A stretch of DNA of 64,000 nt from Rhynchopus sp. YZ270_cl-10 (Eukaryota). A program made the translations under genes and the position numbers. Below are positions 13,606 to 27,522 of this stretch, one piece after another. The stretch's first letter is position 1. Each line of letters starts with the position of its first letter. The notes beneath the pieces are model-generated. The model searched no databases. It had not been told where the DNA came from and worked only from the letters and a program-made list of their open reading frames with translations. The stretch lies in NCBI GenBank assembly GCA_964035575.1, contig OZ037839.1, forward strand, positions 434,001 through 498,000, given 5' to 3'.

Positions 13606-16335
13606 CTACGCTACTGGGCAGGTGGAAAGACATTTGGGGTACTTCAGGGCGGCGATGGTGTCGTACTGGTTGCGCAGCTGAAAGGGGGTGTGTGTGAATT
13701 ATGGTACACGGTTCAGTAAGTGGCAGTGCCATGTGGAAATAATTAGCATGAGCACATGTTGCTATAACGGTACACTTCCCACACGACTGTGAAGTACATG
13801 ACTTGACTTGTGTCATACTGCGGTTTCACCATTAGAAGCTATATAAATGCATCCCATGGACAAGTGTAGATATTTAGGTATAATATGTGTTGGTTCAGAT
13901 CAAAGACATACCTGGAATGTGTTCGGGTAGTAGCTCCACTTCTGCCAGGAGCTAGGTGCGGCGGATGAGTCTGCAATGGTAAGCGAGCCGTTGCTGTGGC
14001 CCACGAGCATGAGCTTCGTGTTGCCGAGGATGTGCATAACATCAACATGGTTCCTGATGCGTGTGTAGTCGTTCTGAAACTGCTGTGCAGTGTTGTTCTG
14101 CAAGCAGACCTCCAGCGTGAGCACATCAGCACTGTTCATGCTCACACAGAGTCCCGATGCCCTGTGCACGATCTGCCAGTTCGAACGCAGGTCAAAGCTT
14201 TGGTAATCAAGTGCCAGTCCGTTGCTCACACAGTCGAGCACAGTGAGCACTGTTCCCTGCTTTGCCGCTGCGCAAGGTGACGACGGGTTCCAGTTCGGCC
14301 CTGCTGCAGTGATGTTCACGTCGTCGTACTCCACAGCAAGCCACGCGTTTGCACCAAGCGCAGCAAACCCGTTGTCGTAGTTCTCAATTGCCTCGTTCGT
14401 GAACAGCGTTTCACCCAGATCCTGCACACGTCCACGCCACACACCGCTGGCCACGGCTTCCTCGGTAAGTGTCATGTACGACGCACTGGCCACAGACGCA
14501 ACAGTCTCAAGCTGCAGCGCAAACCACAGATTCCCAGGAGGTGTCTGCACCTTTCCTGACTTGATCACCGTGGACGTGCCGTACGACGGCGGACCAGAGC
14601 CCAACGCAGGTCCACCATAGCTGAGAGTGTACTCACCCGACCCGTAAACGCACAGCACAACACCCTGCGCCCACGACTGGTTCACACGTGTCGCAACACA
14701 TCCTGCTGCGTCTGTCGAAGGAAGATGGATGCGGGTCGAAATCCTGATGTCCTGGAACTCCTTCATCCCAATCAAAGTCATTGGTCCGTTGGAGCCGTGG
14801 TCGCTCCAACCAATAGGAAGCTGTGGCACCATCTGACGGAGTGAGCCTGAGTGGACTTCAAAGGCTCCAATCTGGTCCGTCAGGTACTTGCCCTCCTGCC
14901 CGTCCGCAACAGCACTGAAGTCGTCAACGTGCGGCAAGGGGAACAGCGGTACAGATGCAGGTGGTGTGTACTGCCCCTTCTTCCCAGTCTTCACCGTGGT
15001 CAAGGTGATGTAGTCCCCAACGTTCACCTCGACAGTGACCTGGCCGTTCACAGGGGTCACCTCTCCCATGTATTCGAACTGCTGGGTGACGTTGTTCTCG
15101 TAGTTGGAGCGCCACACAGCAAGGTTGGTGTTCGGGGTGAGTCCTGCAAAGGTGAACGTCGCGTTCTCTGCGGAAACGTCAAATGCAGGCAGTCCGGGGC
15201 GTGTGCACGCCGCATGTTCGTGCGACACCTTTGCGATCATCATCGTCACGTCCGTCCCCTCCGTGTCCACGATTGTCGTGTAGAACCCACCGTTCGTGAG
15301 CTCTCCACTGCCCGACCCCACAGAGAGGTACTTCCACCCAACCTCCGTGAACTGTGTCACGTGTGCCGTGGCCCAGACAACCTCGAAAGTGCTGTAGTGT
15401 CCTGACCAGGGCTGCACAGAGGTCAGCATCGAGGAGGCGTACCAGTTGGTGCCGTGGTAGTACGCACCCACAAGGTTCCACATGATGCTCGAAGTCATGC
15501 CTGAGAGGACGTAGTGCGAGTTCACGACACGTGCCCAGCACGCTGCCCCGTTGTAGTCGTCGTAACTCGAAGACTCTTCACTTGACCAGAACGGCTTGTT
15601 CAGAGCGTGGCAGTCGCTGTAGTTCTTGTAGTCCGAAGGGTAGTGCAGGCCGATGATGTCCACTGCATCTGCGTATGCTGGGTCCTTGATTAACTCGCTG
15701 CAAATGTCAGCAAACCCGTCCTTAGCAACAAGCTTGATGTTGGGAAACCCTGCGTCTGCCAGCGTCTTCTTCAGGGACACTGCATATGCGGCGGAGGACG
15801 AACGTTCGTTCCAGACACCAATATAGTCGATGTCGAGTCCGTGTGTCTGCTTTGCCCCAACAATCCAGTTCTTGATGTACAGCGCTGTCTGGTTGGGGTA
15901 TGTGAAGGGCGATCCCGACGGCTTGCCAGTGACAGGGTCGTTGCCAACCCAGCCTGGGAAGGCCCAGGGAAGACCGTACAGCTTGATCTTAGGGTTGCGT
16001 GCCTTGGCCTCCTTCATGAGCCACCATTCGTAGCCTCGTGTCACATCAAGGTCGTCCTTTGAGTGCATGTGGCTCGTCTCCGTGCCGTCTGTCGACTGTG
16101 AGTCGCCCCCAATCTCAACCTTGAGGATCTGCAGGGACGCACCGAAGTTGGGCAGGAACAGATAGTCAAGGATCTGCGAGCGTTGGGGCTCCACGTAGTC
16201 AAGGAGGAGACGTGACGTGGCACCCCCGCCAGAGAGACCACCCAGGCCCCAGAAGACGTCCTTTGCGGCCGCCGTGTTGACGGGGTACGCTGTCTGCTGC
16301 GCCGCCATGCAGGCAAGCAGAACCACACTCTGCAT
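13606..16335 (-). CDS. GALC: GH59 galactocerebrosidase-like, copy 2 (exons 13912-16335, 13606-13677)
   Basis: Near-identical paralogue of copy 1; GT-AG intron 13678-13911 at the same position. Confidence 0.9.
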
Positions 16336-18218
16336 TGTTGCTGATGCCTTTTCAATTCACCTGCGCAGGTTTGGGTGTGAGTGAGAGGAAGGGGAGTGTG
16401 GGTTGAGGGGGGCAGGTCACAAAATACCACGGCTTCACCAATTTTATTCTTCTTCTAAAAGAACAACGTTACACACGCGAAGCAACATTATTGCTTCTCA
16501 GCAGGGATACAGTGAGAGTACAAGGTTTTGTTTTCATGCCCTCATTTGGAAGTGACGTATATCCAGCACGATTGGGATATGTATAAATGAAGGAAAAGCG
16601 CAGAAGATGAACCTAATCCTCACGTGCTAAGGGCACTGTGTTCACAATAGTTAACTCACAAACGAACTGAAACTCAGAGTATTTTGCCACAGGTATTTAT
16701 GCTCCAGCTCCCAGAAGCACACCATCACGTGACACTAGATAGGAAGAGCAGACGCAGACGAGGTGATCTTTTATGTCCATAGAATGCGAGACTAGCGCAA
16801 AAGACTTGTGAGACAAGAGGAATGCAAACAGGACGTAGACGACGGCCGACGAGAGAAAGGAAGGGGGAGGGAGGGTTGACTCTTTTGTTTAGTTTGTTTT
16901 TGAAATTTTTGAAATAAGACCAGGACCCTCACACCGGGATAAGAAGTTCGGAAAAATTCTGCCATTTTGTTGTTGTGATCAAGAACTTATGATGCAATCC
17001 TTTTTCGATTTTAGTTTTCTTAGCCCGGTTGTAGAGTTGACCTGGAACACAAAAAGCTTACGACAATTTAACTACAGGATGGATTTTGTGCAACGTTGTG
17101 TCCTCGGTAGTCGAAAAATATAAAGGATTATATCCCTTGGGCTCACTACGTTTGCCCGAGCATATAATCCCCCATTTTTATTTTGGAGGAAAAAGAAGGT
17201 GGGGGGAGAGGGGTTTGTAAAGTTATAAAAAACAACGAGGTGTACTCCACACACAATGCAAGAGGCAAAAAGAAAAAAAAAAGAAAATAAAACAGCAGTT
17301 GTTGAGCAACGGCATATTCTAAGCAGAAAGACTTAAACACTCCCTTTAAAAATAGTTCCCCCTTTTTTGCAACCAAGGTTTTTACACTGCCCCCTTTTTT
17401 TCCACAAGGGGTAACCCGGGTTTAGTGGGCAACCTATTTGACTAAAGTGGCCGTAAAAATAGTACATTCTGAAAGATCTGGTGCGAAACAGTCCAAAAAT
17501 CACATTCTGAATTTCGGTTCTTTTTTTTTGTTGTGTCCACCATTTCCTAAACAATATTCCGCGCCTTCGGGGGGGCACGGTTCTTCACCTTTGTGTATCA
17601 ACAATCATTGTTTACATCGTGACTGTGAGGCGAGATAAATGTCTTTTTCTTTTTCTGCGTAGACACGACAATAATCAAAGAAGAAGAAGAAGTAAGAAAC
17701 ATGATCAGGGGGTAATCGCACTACCCCCTTTATCACAAAAAAATAGGGGAGCAAAAGAAAACATTGTAAGGTGAATGAGTCTTCTCCAGCACAACACAAA
17801 TGTTACGTTATTGATGACACACCTATGACTGACCCACTGCACAATGCCACCGCCAACCGTGCCCTGGGGAGGTCACGGTAACACAAAAAAAAAGGTTGGT
17901 ACAGATGAATGTAAAATAATGGTGCGTGGGACAGCTGAGGGTGCGGTTTGTTGCCATAAGAAAAATACGTTTGCCTTTGCTGGTTTCTGCACAGGCCGGG
18001 GGTATGGAGGGGTGAGGGAGGGCACAACTGGATGCCGTCAAAAAAATATGAAAGCTTAAAAGATGACATAAGCCTCGTGTGCATACTCACCTTGAAACAA
18101 AATAAGCACAACAGATGCATGAGTGCAAGAAGCCTTTGTAAGGGGGGCAATCACACGAGACATTGTACTTCCTCGTTTTGTCTCCAATGTCTCCCATCCT
18201 TGCGGAGGAGCACCCCAT

Positions 18219-20795
18219 CTACGCTACTGGGCAGGTGGAAAGACATTTTGGGTACTTCAGGGCGGCGATGGTGTCGTACTGGTTGCGCAGCTGAAAAGGA
18301 TGTGCGGTGGAGTGTAAGTGATAAAAGGTGTGGGATTTAAGCTAAAAAAATGTTCTTGGTTCAGATCGAAGACATACCTGGAATGTGTTCGGGTAGTAGC
18401 TCCACTTCTGCCAGGAGCTAGGTGCGGCGGATGAGTCTGCAATGGTAAGCGAGCCGTTGCTGTGGCCCACGAGCATGAGCTTCGTGTTGCCAAGGATGTG
18501 CATAACATCAACCTCGTTCCTGATGTGGGTGTAGTCGTTCTCAAACTGCTGTGCAGTGTTGTTCTGCAAGCAGACCTCCAGCGTGAGCACATCAGTACTG
18601 TTCATGCTCACACAGAGTCCCGATGCCCTGTGCACGATCTGCCAGTTCGAACGCAGGTCAAAGCTTTGGTAATCAAGTGCCAGTCCGTTGCTCACACAGT
18701 CGAGCACAGTGAGCACTGTTCCCTGCTTTGCCGCTGCGCAAGGTGACGTCGGGTTCCAGTTCGGCCCTGCCGCAGTGACGTTCACGTCGTCGTACTCCAC
18801 AGCAAGCCACGCGTTTGCACCAAGCGCAGCAAACCCGTTGTCGTAGTTCTCAATTGCCTCGTTCGTGAACAGCGTCTCACCCAGATCCTGCACACGTCCA
18901 CGCCACGCACCGCTGGCCACAGCTTCCTCGGTAAGTGTCATGTACGACGCACTGGCCACAGACGCAACAGTCTCGAGCTGCAGCGCAAACCACAGATTCC
19001 CAGGAGGTGTCTGCACCTTTCCTGACTTGATCACCGTGGACGTGCCGTACGACGGCGGACCAGAGCCCAACGCAGGTCCACCATAGCTGAGAGTGTACTC
19101 ACCCGACCCGTACAGGCACAGCACAACACCCTGTGTCCACATCTGGTTCACACGTGTCGCAACACATCCTGCTGCGTCTGTCGAAGGAAGATGGATGCGG
19201 GTCGAAATCCTGATGTCCTGGAACTCCTTCATCCCAATCAAAGTCATTGGTCCGTTGGAGCCGTGGTCGCTCCAACCAATAGGAAGCTGTGGCACCATCT
19301 GACGGAGTGAGCCTGAGTGGACCTCAAAGGCTCCAATCTGGTCCGTCAGGTACTTGCCCTCCTGCCCGTCCGCAACAGCACTGAAGTCGTCGACGTGCGG
19401 CAAGGGAAACGGTACCGATGTCGATGGTGTGTACTGCCCCTTCTTCCCCGTCTTCACCGTGGTCAAGGTGATGTAGTCCCCAACGTTCACCTCGACAGTG
19501 ACCTGGCCGTTCACAGGGGTCACCTCTCCCATGTATTCGAACTGCTGGGTGACGTTGTTCTCGTAGTTGGAGCGCCACACAGCAAGGTTGGTGTTCGGGG
19601 TGAGTCCTGCAAAGGTGAACGTCGCGTTCTCTGCGGAAACGTCAAACGCAGGCAGTCCGGGGCGTGTGCACGCCGCATGTTCGTGCGACACCTTTGCGAT
19701 CATCATCGTCACGTCCGTCCCCTCCGTGTCCACGATTGTTGTGTAAAACCCACCGTTCGTGAGCTCTCCACTGCCCGACCCCACAGAGAGGTACTTCCAC
19801 CCAACCTGTGTGAACTGTGTCACGTGTGCCGTGGCCCAGACAACTTCGAATGTGCTGTAGTGTCCTGACCAGGGCTGCACAGACGTCAGCAGCCCAGAGG
19901 CGTACCAGTTGGTGCCGTGGTAGTACGCTCCTACTAGGCTCCACATGATGCTCGAAGTCATGCCTGAGAGGACGTAGTGCGAGTTCACGACACGTGCCCA
20001 GCACGCTGCCCCGTTGTAGTCGTCGTAGCTCGAAGACTCTTCACTTGACCAGAACGGCTTGTTCAGAGCGTGGCAGTCGCTGTAGTTGCTGTAGTCCGAA
20101 GGGTAGTGCAGGCCGATGATGTCCACTGCATCTGCGTATGCCGGGTCCTTCTGCAGTGTGGCACAGATGTCAGCACCTCCGTCCTTAGCAACAAGCTTGA
20201 TGTTGGGAAACCCTGCGTCTGCCAGCGTCTTCTTCAGGGACACTGCATATGCGGCGGAGGACGAACGTTCGTTCCAGACACCAATATAGTCGATGTCGAG
20301 TCCGTGTGTCTGCTTTGCCCCAACAATCCAGTTCTTGATGTACAGCGCTGTCTGGTTGGGGTATGTGAAGGGCGATCCCGACGGCTTGCCAGTGACAGGG
20401 TCGTTGCCAACCCAGCCTGGGAAGGCCCAGGGCAGACCGTACAGCTTGATCTTGGGGTTGCGTGCCTTGGCCTCCTTCATGAGCCACCATTCGTAGCCTC
20501 GTGTCACATCAAGGTCGTCCTTTGAGTGCATGTGGCTCGTCTCCGTGCCGTCTGTCGACTGTGAGTCGCCCCCAATCTCAACCTTGAGGATCTGCAGGGA
20601 CGCACCGAAGTTGGGCAGGAACAGATAGTCAAGGATCTGCGAGCGTTGGGGCTCCACGTAGTCAAGGAGGAGACGTGACGATGCACCTGCAGAGAGACCA
20701 CCCAGGCCCCAGAAGACGTCCTTTGCGGCCGCCGTGTTGACGGGGTACGCTGTCTGCTGCGCCGCCATGCAGGCAAGCAGAACCACACTCTGCAT
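18219..20795 (-). CDS. GALC: GH59 galactocerebrosidase-like, copy 3 (exons 18378-20795, 18219-18290)
   Basis: Paralogue with LSAGASSR variant motif; GT-AG intron 18291-18377. Confidence 0.9.
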
Positions 20796-22220
20796 TGTTG
20801 CTGATGCCTTTTCAATTCACCTGCGCAGGTTTGGGTGTGTGTGAGAGCAAGGGGAGTGGGTTGAGGGGGACAGGTCACAAAATACCACGGCTTCACCTAT
20901 TTTCTTCCTCTTCTAAAAGAACAACGTTACACACGCGAAGCAACATTATTACTTCTCAGCAGGGATACAGTGAGAGCGAACACAAACGGTACCAATCAGC
21001 CCCCATGAGCATTTGTATAGTTAGACTAACACCTTGAGCCTTTGCCCCCTTGCCCCAGAAGGGTAGGACAAAGAAAGCGAAGTCAATACAAAAGCCTCTG
21101 GGACCGCCAGGCACTGACACTCTGTGGGTTAAATCCGTACTGCTCTTCACTCGGAGGTTTCTTACAGGAAAACTGTAAGACACACATTTCCACATCTGAA
21201 TAAAAAAAGAAAGACACGTGTCCATGGAACACTTCACAGGGAGTTGGTGATGCCAAATCGGAAATAAAATGAAAAAAAAATAGTGGTGTTCATCTTCGGG
21301 TGTCTACACTAAAACAACCGAGTTTCAAAAAAAAAATAAAAGCTCCATTCCCGAAGCACCGAAATGAGAGGAGTGTACAAAGCATATAGTAAAGGGTCAA
21401 TCAGGATATCTCAACTAATTTTTAGAAAAGAAGCGAGAATGGAAAATATTAAAACGCCCCCATTTCGTCTTTTCTTTTAGGTACGCTACCCACCTTCCAC
21501 AACAAAAGCTTAGAAGAAAAACCTACCTGCTTTTCGTCACCAAAATATAAAAAAAAATTGCTCTGTCTCGGGATTTTTCAAACCCCCCCCCCCGGGAGGA
21601 TTTTGTTTACTCCCCTCCCATGACGGCCCGATTAGTGCTAAACTAGTAGTGCTACTCAGTAGCCTACTGTGTAACACTACTCGTATAACACAGTCATTTG
21701 GACCAGTAGCAGTTGTCCCCCTGACTAGGTCCACCGTGCACTATGTGAGGAACTGTTGAGGAGCTGAAAAGAGAATTCGTAAAGGGGCGCGAACATGCCT
21801 CACTCCGCAGAGCACACATCCAAAAAAAGAAGAAAAAGAACTAAAAACATCCTTTTTTGCCAAAATTGATTCGTAGCGTTACTCAGCTGTTCAACAGAAG
21901 AGCTCTATTAGCAAATCTTTATTTCAGCAAAAAAAAAAAAATGCAAGTTTCCTTTTTTCCCTTCAGAAAACCCTCTGGTATCATTAGAACAGTTCAAAAA
22001 TCAGGACAGCAGCAGAGAAAAAAAAAACAACAAAATGTCCACTATAAGAAAGCAGCTAATGATAAAAAAAATACACACGACAGTAAAATAGTAAGATATG
22101 TGCACCTCACTCACCTAACAAAAACAAGGCAATATTTTTTTCTTTCGCATCCCACGCTACCCCGCAGGAGGTGGGAAGTAGGAGGCAGGATGATTGTAAG
22201 AAAGGTTTGAAAGATGCATA

Positions 22221-22295
22221 ATATGGCACAGTCTATAAACCCACCCTCCTAAAAGATAACCTTTTAGGGGGGTCGGTTTATGGACTGTGCCATAT
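22221..22295. repeat. 75-bp hairpin / tiny TA-flanked MITE
   Basis: ATATGGCACAGTCTATAAACC...CCTAAAAG ataac CTTTTAGG...GGTTTATGGACTGTGCCATAT. Confidence 0.75.
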
Positions 22296-22993
22296 AAACC
22301 TCACAACACACTTTTCTTTGTAGTAAAAAGGGCTGCTTTTTTAGGCACCTTGAATGTCCAGGAAGCAGGGCTTCTTTGTCTGCGCACAAAAAAATGATTA
22401 AAATATTATTTTCAATCGAAAGATGGAGTTTTTTTGTCCATCAGCGTCGTCTCCTCTTTTTTTGCACAAAAAAAAATAAATTCTAAAGCACAGAGTGAGT
22501 TGGTTCTATACTTTGAGAAAAAAAAAAATCCTCGACCTTAAAAAACACAAAAAGCGATAAAGCGAGGTGTCGTTTTGTTTTTGTACGTCGTGAAATACAA
22601 TTACTATTTTTCTTTCGAGGAGGCAGCGGGGGGAGGGGAGGAAGTGGCAGTAGTGGAGGGGAGGGGAGGGGACGGTTGGGAAGGAAGGAGCGGCCGATGC
22701 GCAGCGAGCGCACCTGACACGACTGTGGTTTCCAAAAAAAAAAAAGACCTAAAAAAAAAAAAAGAGTTGTGAAAAAAGAATGTTGTGTAAGATGGATCCC
22801 GAGCCTCGCTCAGAACAATCTAAAAAAAGAGAACAGGGAGAGAAGTTGAACGAAACGACATCGGCAGACGCAGGACACCGTAAAGAAAAATGATTTTAAA
22901 AAAAAACCCCCCTCTGAAGGTCCTTATTCACGTGAGCGAAGGGCTCGCTACCATGAGGAATGCTGTTCTTCTGTATAATTTGACTCTCCCTAC

Positions 22994-25580
22994 CTAATCC
23001 GTTTTGCAGGTGGAAAGGCATTTGGGGTACTTCGGGGTCAAGTCTTGTGTGTCGTACTGGTTGCGCAGCTGAAAGAAGTGTAAAAAAGGTGCAAAAGGGT
23101 ATGCGTGCAAAAATGAGGGATGTAACTAAGACCCTGTATTTTATTTGTTTTTGTTGTCGAAGACATACCTGGAAGGTGTTCGGGTAGTAGCTCCACCTCT
23201 CCCAGGAGAAGGGCTCGATGGCGACTTCTGCGATGGTAAGCGAGCCGTTGCTGTGGCCCACGAGCTTGTGTTCTGGCTTGTCGAGGATGTGTACCTCTAC
23301 AGCATGGTTCCTGATGCGTGTGTAGTCGTTCTGAAACTGCTGTGCAGTGTTGTTCTGCAAGCAGACCTCCAGCGTGAGCACATCAGCACTGTCCATGGTC
23401 ACACAGAGTCTCGATGCCCTGTGCACAATCTGCCAGTTCGAACGCAGGTCAAAGCTTTGGTCATCAAGTGTCAGTCCGTTGCTCACGCAGTCACGCACCT
23501 TAAGAACAGTTCCCTGCTTTGCCGCTGCACAAGGTGACGACGGGTTCCAGTTCGGCCCTGCCGCAGTGATGTTCAGATCATCGTACTCCACAGCAAGCCA
23601 CGCGTTTGCACCAAGCGCAGCAAACCCGTTGTCGAAGTTATCAATGGCCTTGTTCGTGAACAGTGCCTCACCCAGATCCTGCACACGTCCACGCCACACA
23701 CCACTGGCCACGGCTTCCTCGGAAAGCAGCATGTACGACGCACTGGCCACGGATGCAACAGTCTCGAGCTGCAGCGCAAACCACAGATCCCCAGGTGCCT
23801 GCACCTTTCCTGACGTAATCACCGTGGACGCGCCAGAGCCTAACGCAGGTCCACCATAGCTGAGAGTGTACTCACCCGACCCGTAAACGCACAGCACAAC
23901 ACCCTGCGTCCACATCTGGTTCACACGTGTCGCAATACATCCTGCTGCGTCTGTCGAAGGAAGATGGATGCGGGTCGAAATCTTGATGTCCTGGAACTCC
24001 TTCATCCCAATCAAGGTCATTGGTCCGTTGGAGAAAATGCCGTGGTCGCTCCAACCAATAGGAAGCTGCGGCACCATCTGACGGAGTGAGCCTGAGTGGA
24101 CCTCAAAGGCTCCAATCTGGTCCGTCAGGTACTTGCCCTCCTGCCCGTCCACAATTGCGTTGAAGTCGTCAACGTGCGGCAAGGGGAACAGCGGTACAGA
24201 TGCAGGTGGTGTGTACTGTCCCTTCTTCCCAGTCTTCACCGTGGTCAAGGTGATGTAGTCCCCAACATTCACCTCGACAGTGACCTGGCCGTTCACAGGG
24301 GTCACCTCTCCCATGTATTCGAACTGCTGGGTGACGTTGGTCTCGTAGTTGGAGCGCCACACAGCAAGGTTGGTGTTCGGGGTGAGTCCTGCAAAGGTGA
24401 ACGTCGCGTTCTCTGCGGAAACGTCAAATGCAGGCAGTCCGGGGCGTGTGCACGCCGCATGTTCGTGCGACACCTTTGCGATCATCATCGTCACGTCCGT
24501 CCCCTCCGTGTCCACGATTGTTGTGTAGAACCCACCATTCGTGAGCTCTCCACTGCCCGACCCCACAGAGAGGTACTTCCACCCAACCTCCGTGAACTGT
24601 GTCACGTGTGCCGTGGCCCAGACAACCTCGAAAGTGCTGTAGTGTCCTGACCAGGGCTGCACAGAAGTCAGCATCGAGGAGGCGTACCAGTTGGTGCCGT
24701 GGTAGTACGCACCCACAAGGTTCCACATGATGCTCGAAGTCATGCCTGAGAGGACGTAGTGCGAGTTCACGACACGTGCCCAGCACGCTGCCCCGTTGTA
24801 GTCGTCGTAACTCGAAGACTCTTCACTTGACCAGAACGGCTTGTTCAGAGCGTGGCAGTCGCTGTAGTTCTTGTAGTCCGAAGGGTAGTGCAGGCCGATG
24901 ATGTCCACTGCATCTGCGTATGCTGGGTCCTTGATTAACTCGCTGCAAATGTCAGCAAACCCGTCCTTAGCAACAAGCTTGATGTTGGGAAACCCTGCGT
25001 CTGCCAGCGTCTTCTTCAGGGACACTGCATATGCGGCGGAGGACGAACGTTCGTTCCAGACACCAATATAGTCGATGTCGAGTCCGTGTGTCTGCTTTGC
25101 CCCAACAATCCAGTTCTTGATGTACAGCGCTGTCTGGTTGGGGTATGTGAAGGGCGACCCTGATGACTTGCCAGTGACAGGGTCGTTGCCAACCCAGCCT
25201 GGGAAGGCCCAGGGCAGACCGTACAGCTTGATCTTAGGGTTGCGTGCCTTGGCCTCCTTCATGAGCCACCATTCGTAGCCTCGTGTCACGTCAAGGTCGT
25301 CCTTTGAGTGCATGTGGCTCGTCTCCGTGCCGTCTGTCGACTGTGAGTCGCCCCCAATCTCAACCTTGAGGATCTGCAGGGACGCACCGAAGTTGGGCAG
25401 GAACAGATAGTCAAGGATCTGCGAGCGTTGGGGCTCCACGTAGTCAAGGAGGAGACGTGACGTGGCACCCCCGCCAGAGAGACCACCCAGGCCCCAGAAG
25501 ACGTCCTTTGCGGCCGCCGTGTTGACGGGGTACGCTGTCTGCTGCGCCGCCATGCAGGCAAGCAGAACCACACTCTGCAT
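22994..25580 (-). CDS. GALC: GH59 galactocerebrosidase-like, copy 4 (exons 23169-25580, 22994-23068; most divergent C-terminal half)
   Basis: Same motifs; intron 23069-23168; last exon LRNQYDTQDLTPKYPKCLSTCKTD*. The ORF track reads through the intron. Confidence 0.9.
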
Positions 25581-26190
25581 TGTTGCTGATGCCTTTTCAA
25601 TTCACCTGCGCAGGTTTGGGTGTGAGTGAGAGGAAGGGGAGTGGTACAGGGAAGGGAGTGTAAAAGATGCCAAGTAGCAGTGGGGAAGGGACAGAGGCTG
25701 TGTTTATGTTACAACAAAGACGAGAAAGGTTGGCAAGCTGACCCAAGCCTTGTGTTTTGCCACATAGTGTGTCTCGAAGGAAGTGACACACCTCGAGGGC
25801 ACGCTGGTGGCCAGCATACACATGGTGCCGCAGCACTTATTTACTATCGCTGCTTCCAGAGGGCTAGCATGCTCCAGAATTAAAAACAAAATGAACGTTG
25901 GCAAGAATGAACCAGTTAGATTATCGGTCCACCTTGATCACAACCGTTATTGCACAGCGTGGGTTAGATTACCTTGAAATCAATCTGTCAACACATAAAA
26001 GAAGGGTTGGGAAAACTGCACGACACATGGGCAGTGTGGGTTAGTACTCAATGATGTCAGCCGAAGGGCCAGGGTATTTCCTAACGTTGTCCGAAAGGTT
26101 TCCAAAAAGTCTAAAAAATGCATAACTTTTTCGCTATCTCAGTACAATACTTTGACCTACCCATTGTATCAGGTAGGGGCAGAGATGGGG

Positions 26191-27243
26191 TCAGGCAATG
26201 ATGCATCTGCGATTCTGCCTGAGGGTGCGTGGCAGTGCCGCAGCCACAGCACTGCTCCAGCCAGATGGAGGCGGCGTGACTGTTTGCAGCGCAGTGCAGT
26301 CCTCAAGAAAGAACATCCCAACGTGCATGACACGAGCAAAGCCTGAGAGATCAACGCTCGTCAACTCTGCGCATTTGAACAGGAAGCGTGCCTCAATGTG
26401 TGTGACCCTGCACATCCCTGACAAGTCGGCTGTGGTCAACAAGCTGCAGCTGGACAGAAAGTTCGTTCCGATGTGCGTGACACTGCACAGTCCAGAGAAG
26501 TCAACACTCGTCAACGCACACTGGCACAGGAAGCCAGAATCGATGTGTGTCACACTGACCAAACCCGACAGGTCCAACGACCTCAATGCGGTGCAATGTT
26601 GAAGAAATTGGTTCCCAATCCGCGTGACACTGCGCAACCCTGATAAGTCCACTGCCGTCACCGCCGTGCAACTGAACAGGAACCAGTACGCAATATTTGT
26701 TACGCTAGTCATAGCCGACAAGTCTAACGCTGTCAATGCTGAGCATTCCGAGAGGAAGCTCTGGCCAATCCGCGTCACGTGAACCAACCCAGACAGGTCC
26801 ACCGAAGTCAGGTTCATGCAGTTCATAAGAAAGTTGTGCTTAATTTCCGTCACACACGACACAGCGCTGAGATCAAGGCTTGTTATCATTGTGAAGAGCA
26901 TAAAACTCTGCGGAATAACAGTCGCAACATCTGCCTGAAGAAGCAGAGAAGCCACCTCAGGATCCCTCACAGTCGCCAACCTTCTTTCAGTAATGTCCCA
27001 CTCACCTAAGGCATGAAGCGCTGCAACGGCGAGGTGCTTCTGCGTTTTCGCCAACACGACTACGTCTCCAGCACTCAGTTCTGTGATGTCCTCTCCTTCC
27101 TCCTTCCCTCCGAAGCCCATATGAAAGCTGTCTTCGCACAACCCTGTTGCAGACGCCACCTTCTCCCGCATCGTCTCCGTTGTGTCGTTCTCATCTACCT
27201 CAATCACATACTCCTTCCCAAAACCCTGGATCGTGAGTTCCAT
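26191..27243 (-). CDS. UBL + leucine-rich repeat (BspA-like) protein with CaaX end
   Basis: N-terminal UBL-like segment (IEVDENDTTETMREKVASATG), ~25-aa repeats LTSVDLSGLxxVTxIGxxFLxxC, C-terminus RRCIIA. Confidence 0.85.
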   Translation of the reverse strand: MELTIQGFGKEYVIEVDENDTTETMREKVASATGLCEDSFHMGFGGKEEGEDITELSAGDVVVLAKTQKHLAVAALHALGEWDITERRLATVRDPEVASLLLQADVATVIPQSFMLFTMITSLDLSAVSCVTEIKHNFLMNCMNLTSVDLSGLVHVTRIGQSFLSECSALTALDLSAMTSVTNIAYWFLFSCTAVTAVDLSGLRSVTRIGNQFLQHCTALRSLDLSGLVSVTHIDSGFLCQCALTSVDFSGLCSVTHIGTNFLSSCSLLTTADLSGMCRVTHIEARFLFKCAELTSVDLSGFARVMHVGMFFLEDCTALQTVTPPPSGWSSAVAAALPRTLRQNRRCIIA

Positions 27244-27324
27244 TTCACTTGTGTACTATCTCTGTGTGTAGGTGGGGGGTGGTGGTTGACACTGGCAAAT
27301 GCAGTGACAGTGGCAGTGGTAACA

Positions 27325-27522
27325 TAATGCAGTGATGCAGGCAAGCAGAACCACACTCTGCATTGTTGCTGATGCCTTTTCAATTCACCTGCGCAGGTTT
27401 GGGTGTGTGAGAGAGGAAGGGGAGTGGTACAGGGAAGGGAGTGTAAAAGATGCCAAGTAGCAGTGGGGAAGGGACAGAGGCTGTGTTTATGTTACAACAA
27501 AGACGAGAAAGGTTGGCAAGCT
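27325..27522 (-). repeat. Duplicated GALC 5' segment (upstream region + first codons MQSVVLLAC), truncated
   Basis: Matches ~25552-25740 and 32138-32333. Confidence 0.85.

Noticed and set aside
22896..23168. Extended 894-aa C-terminus of GALC copy 4
   Set aside because: It is readthrough of a GT-AG intron conserved in all four copies.
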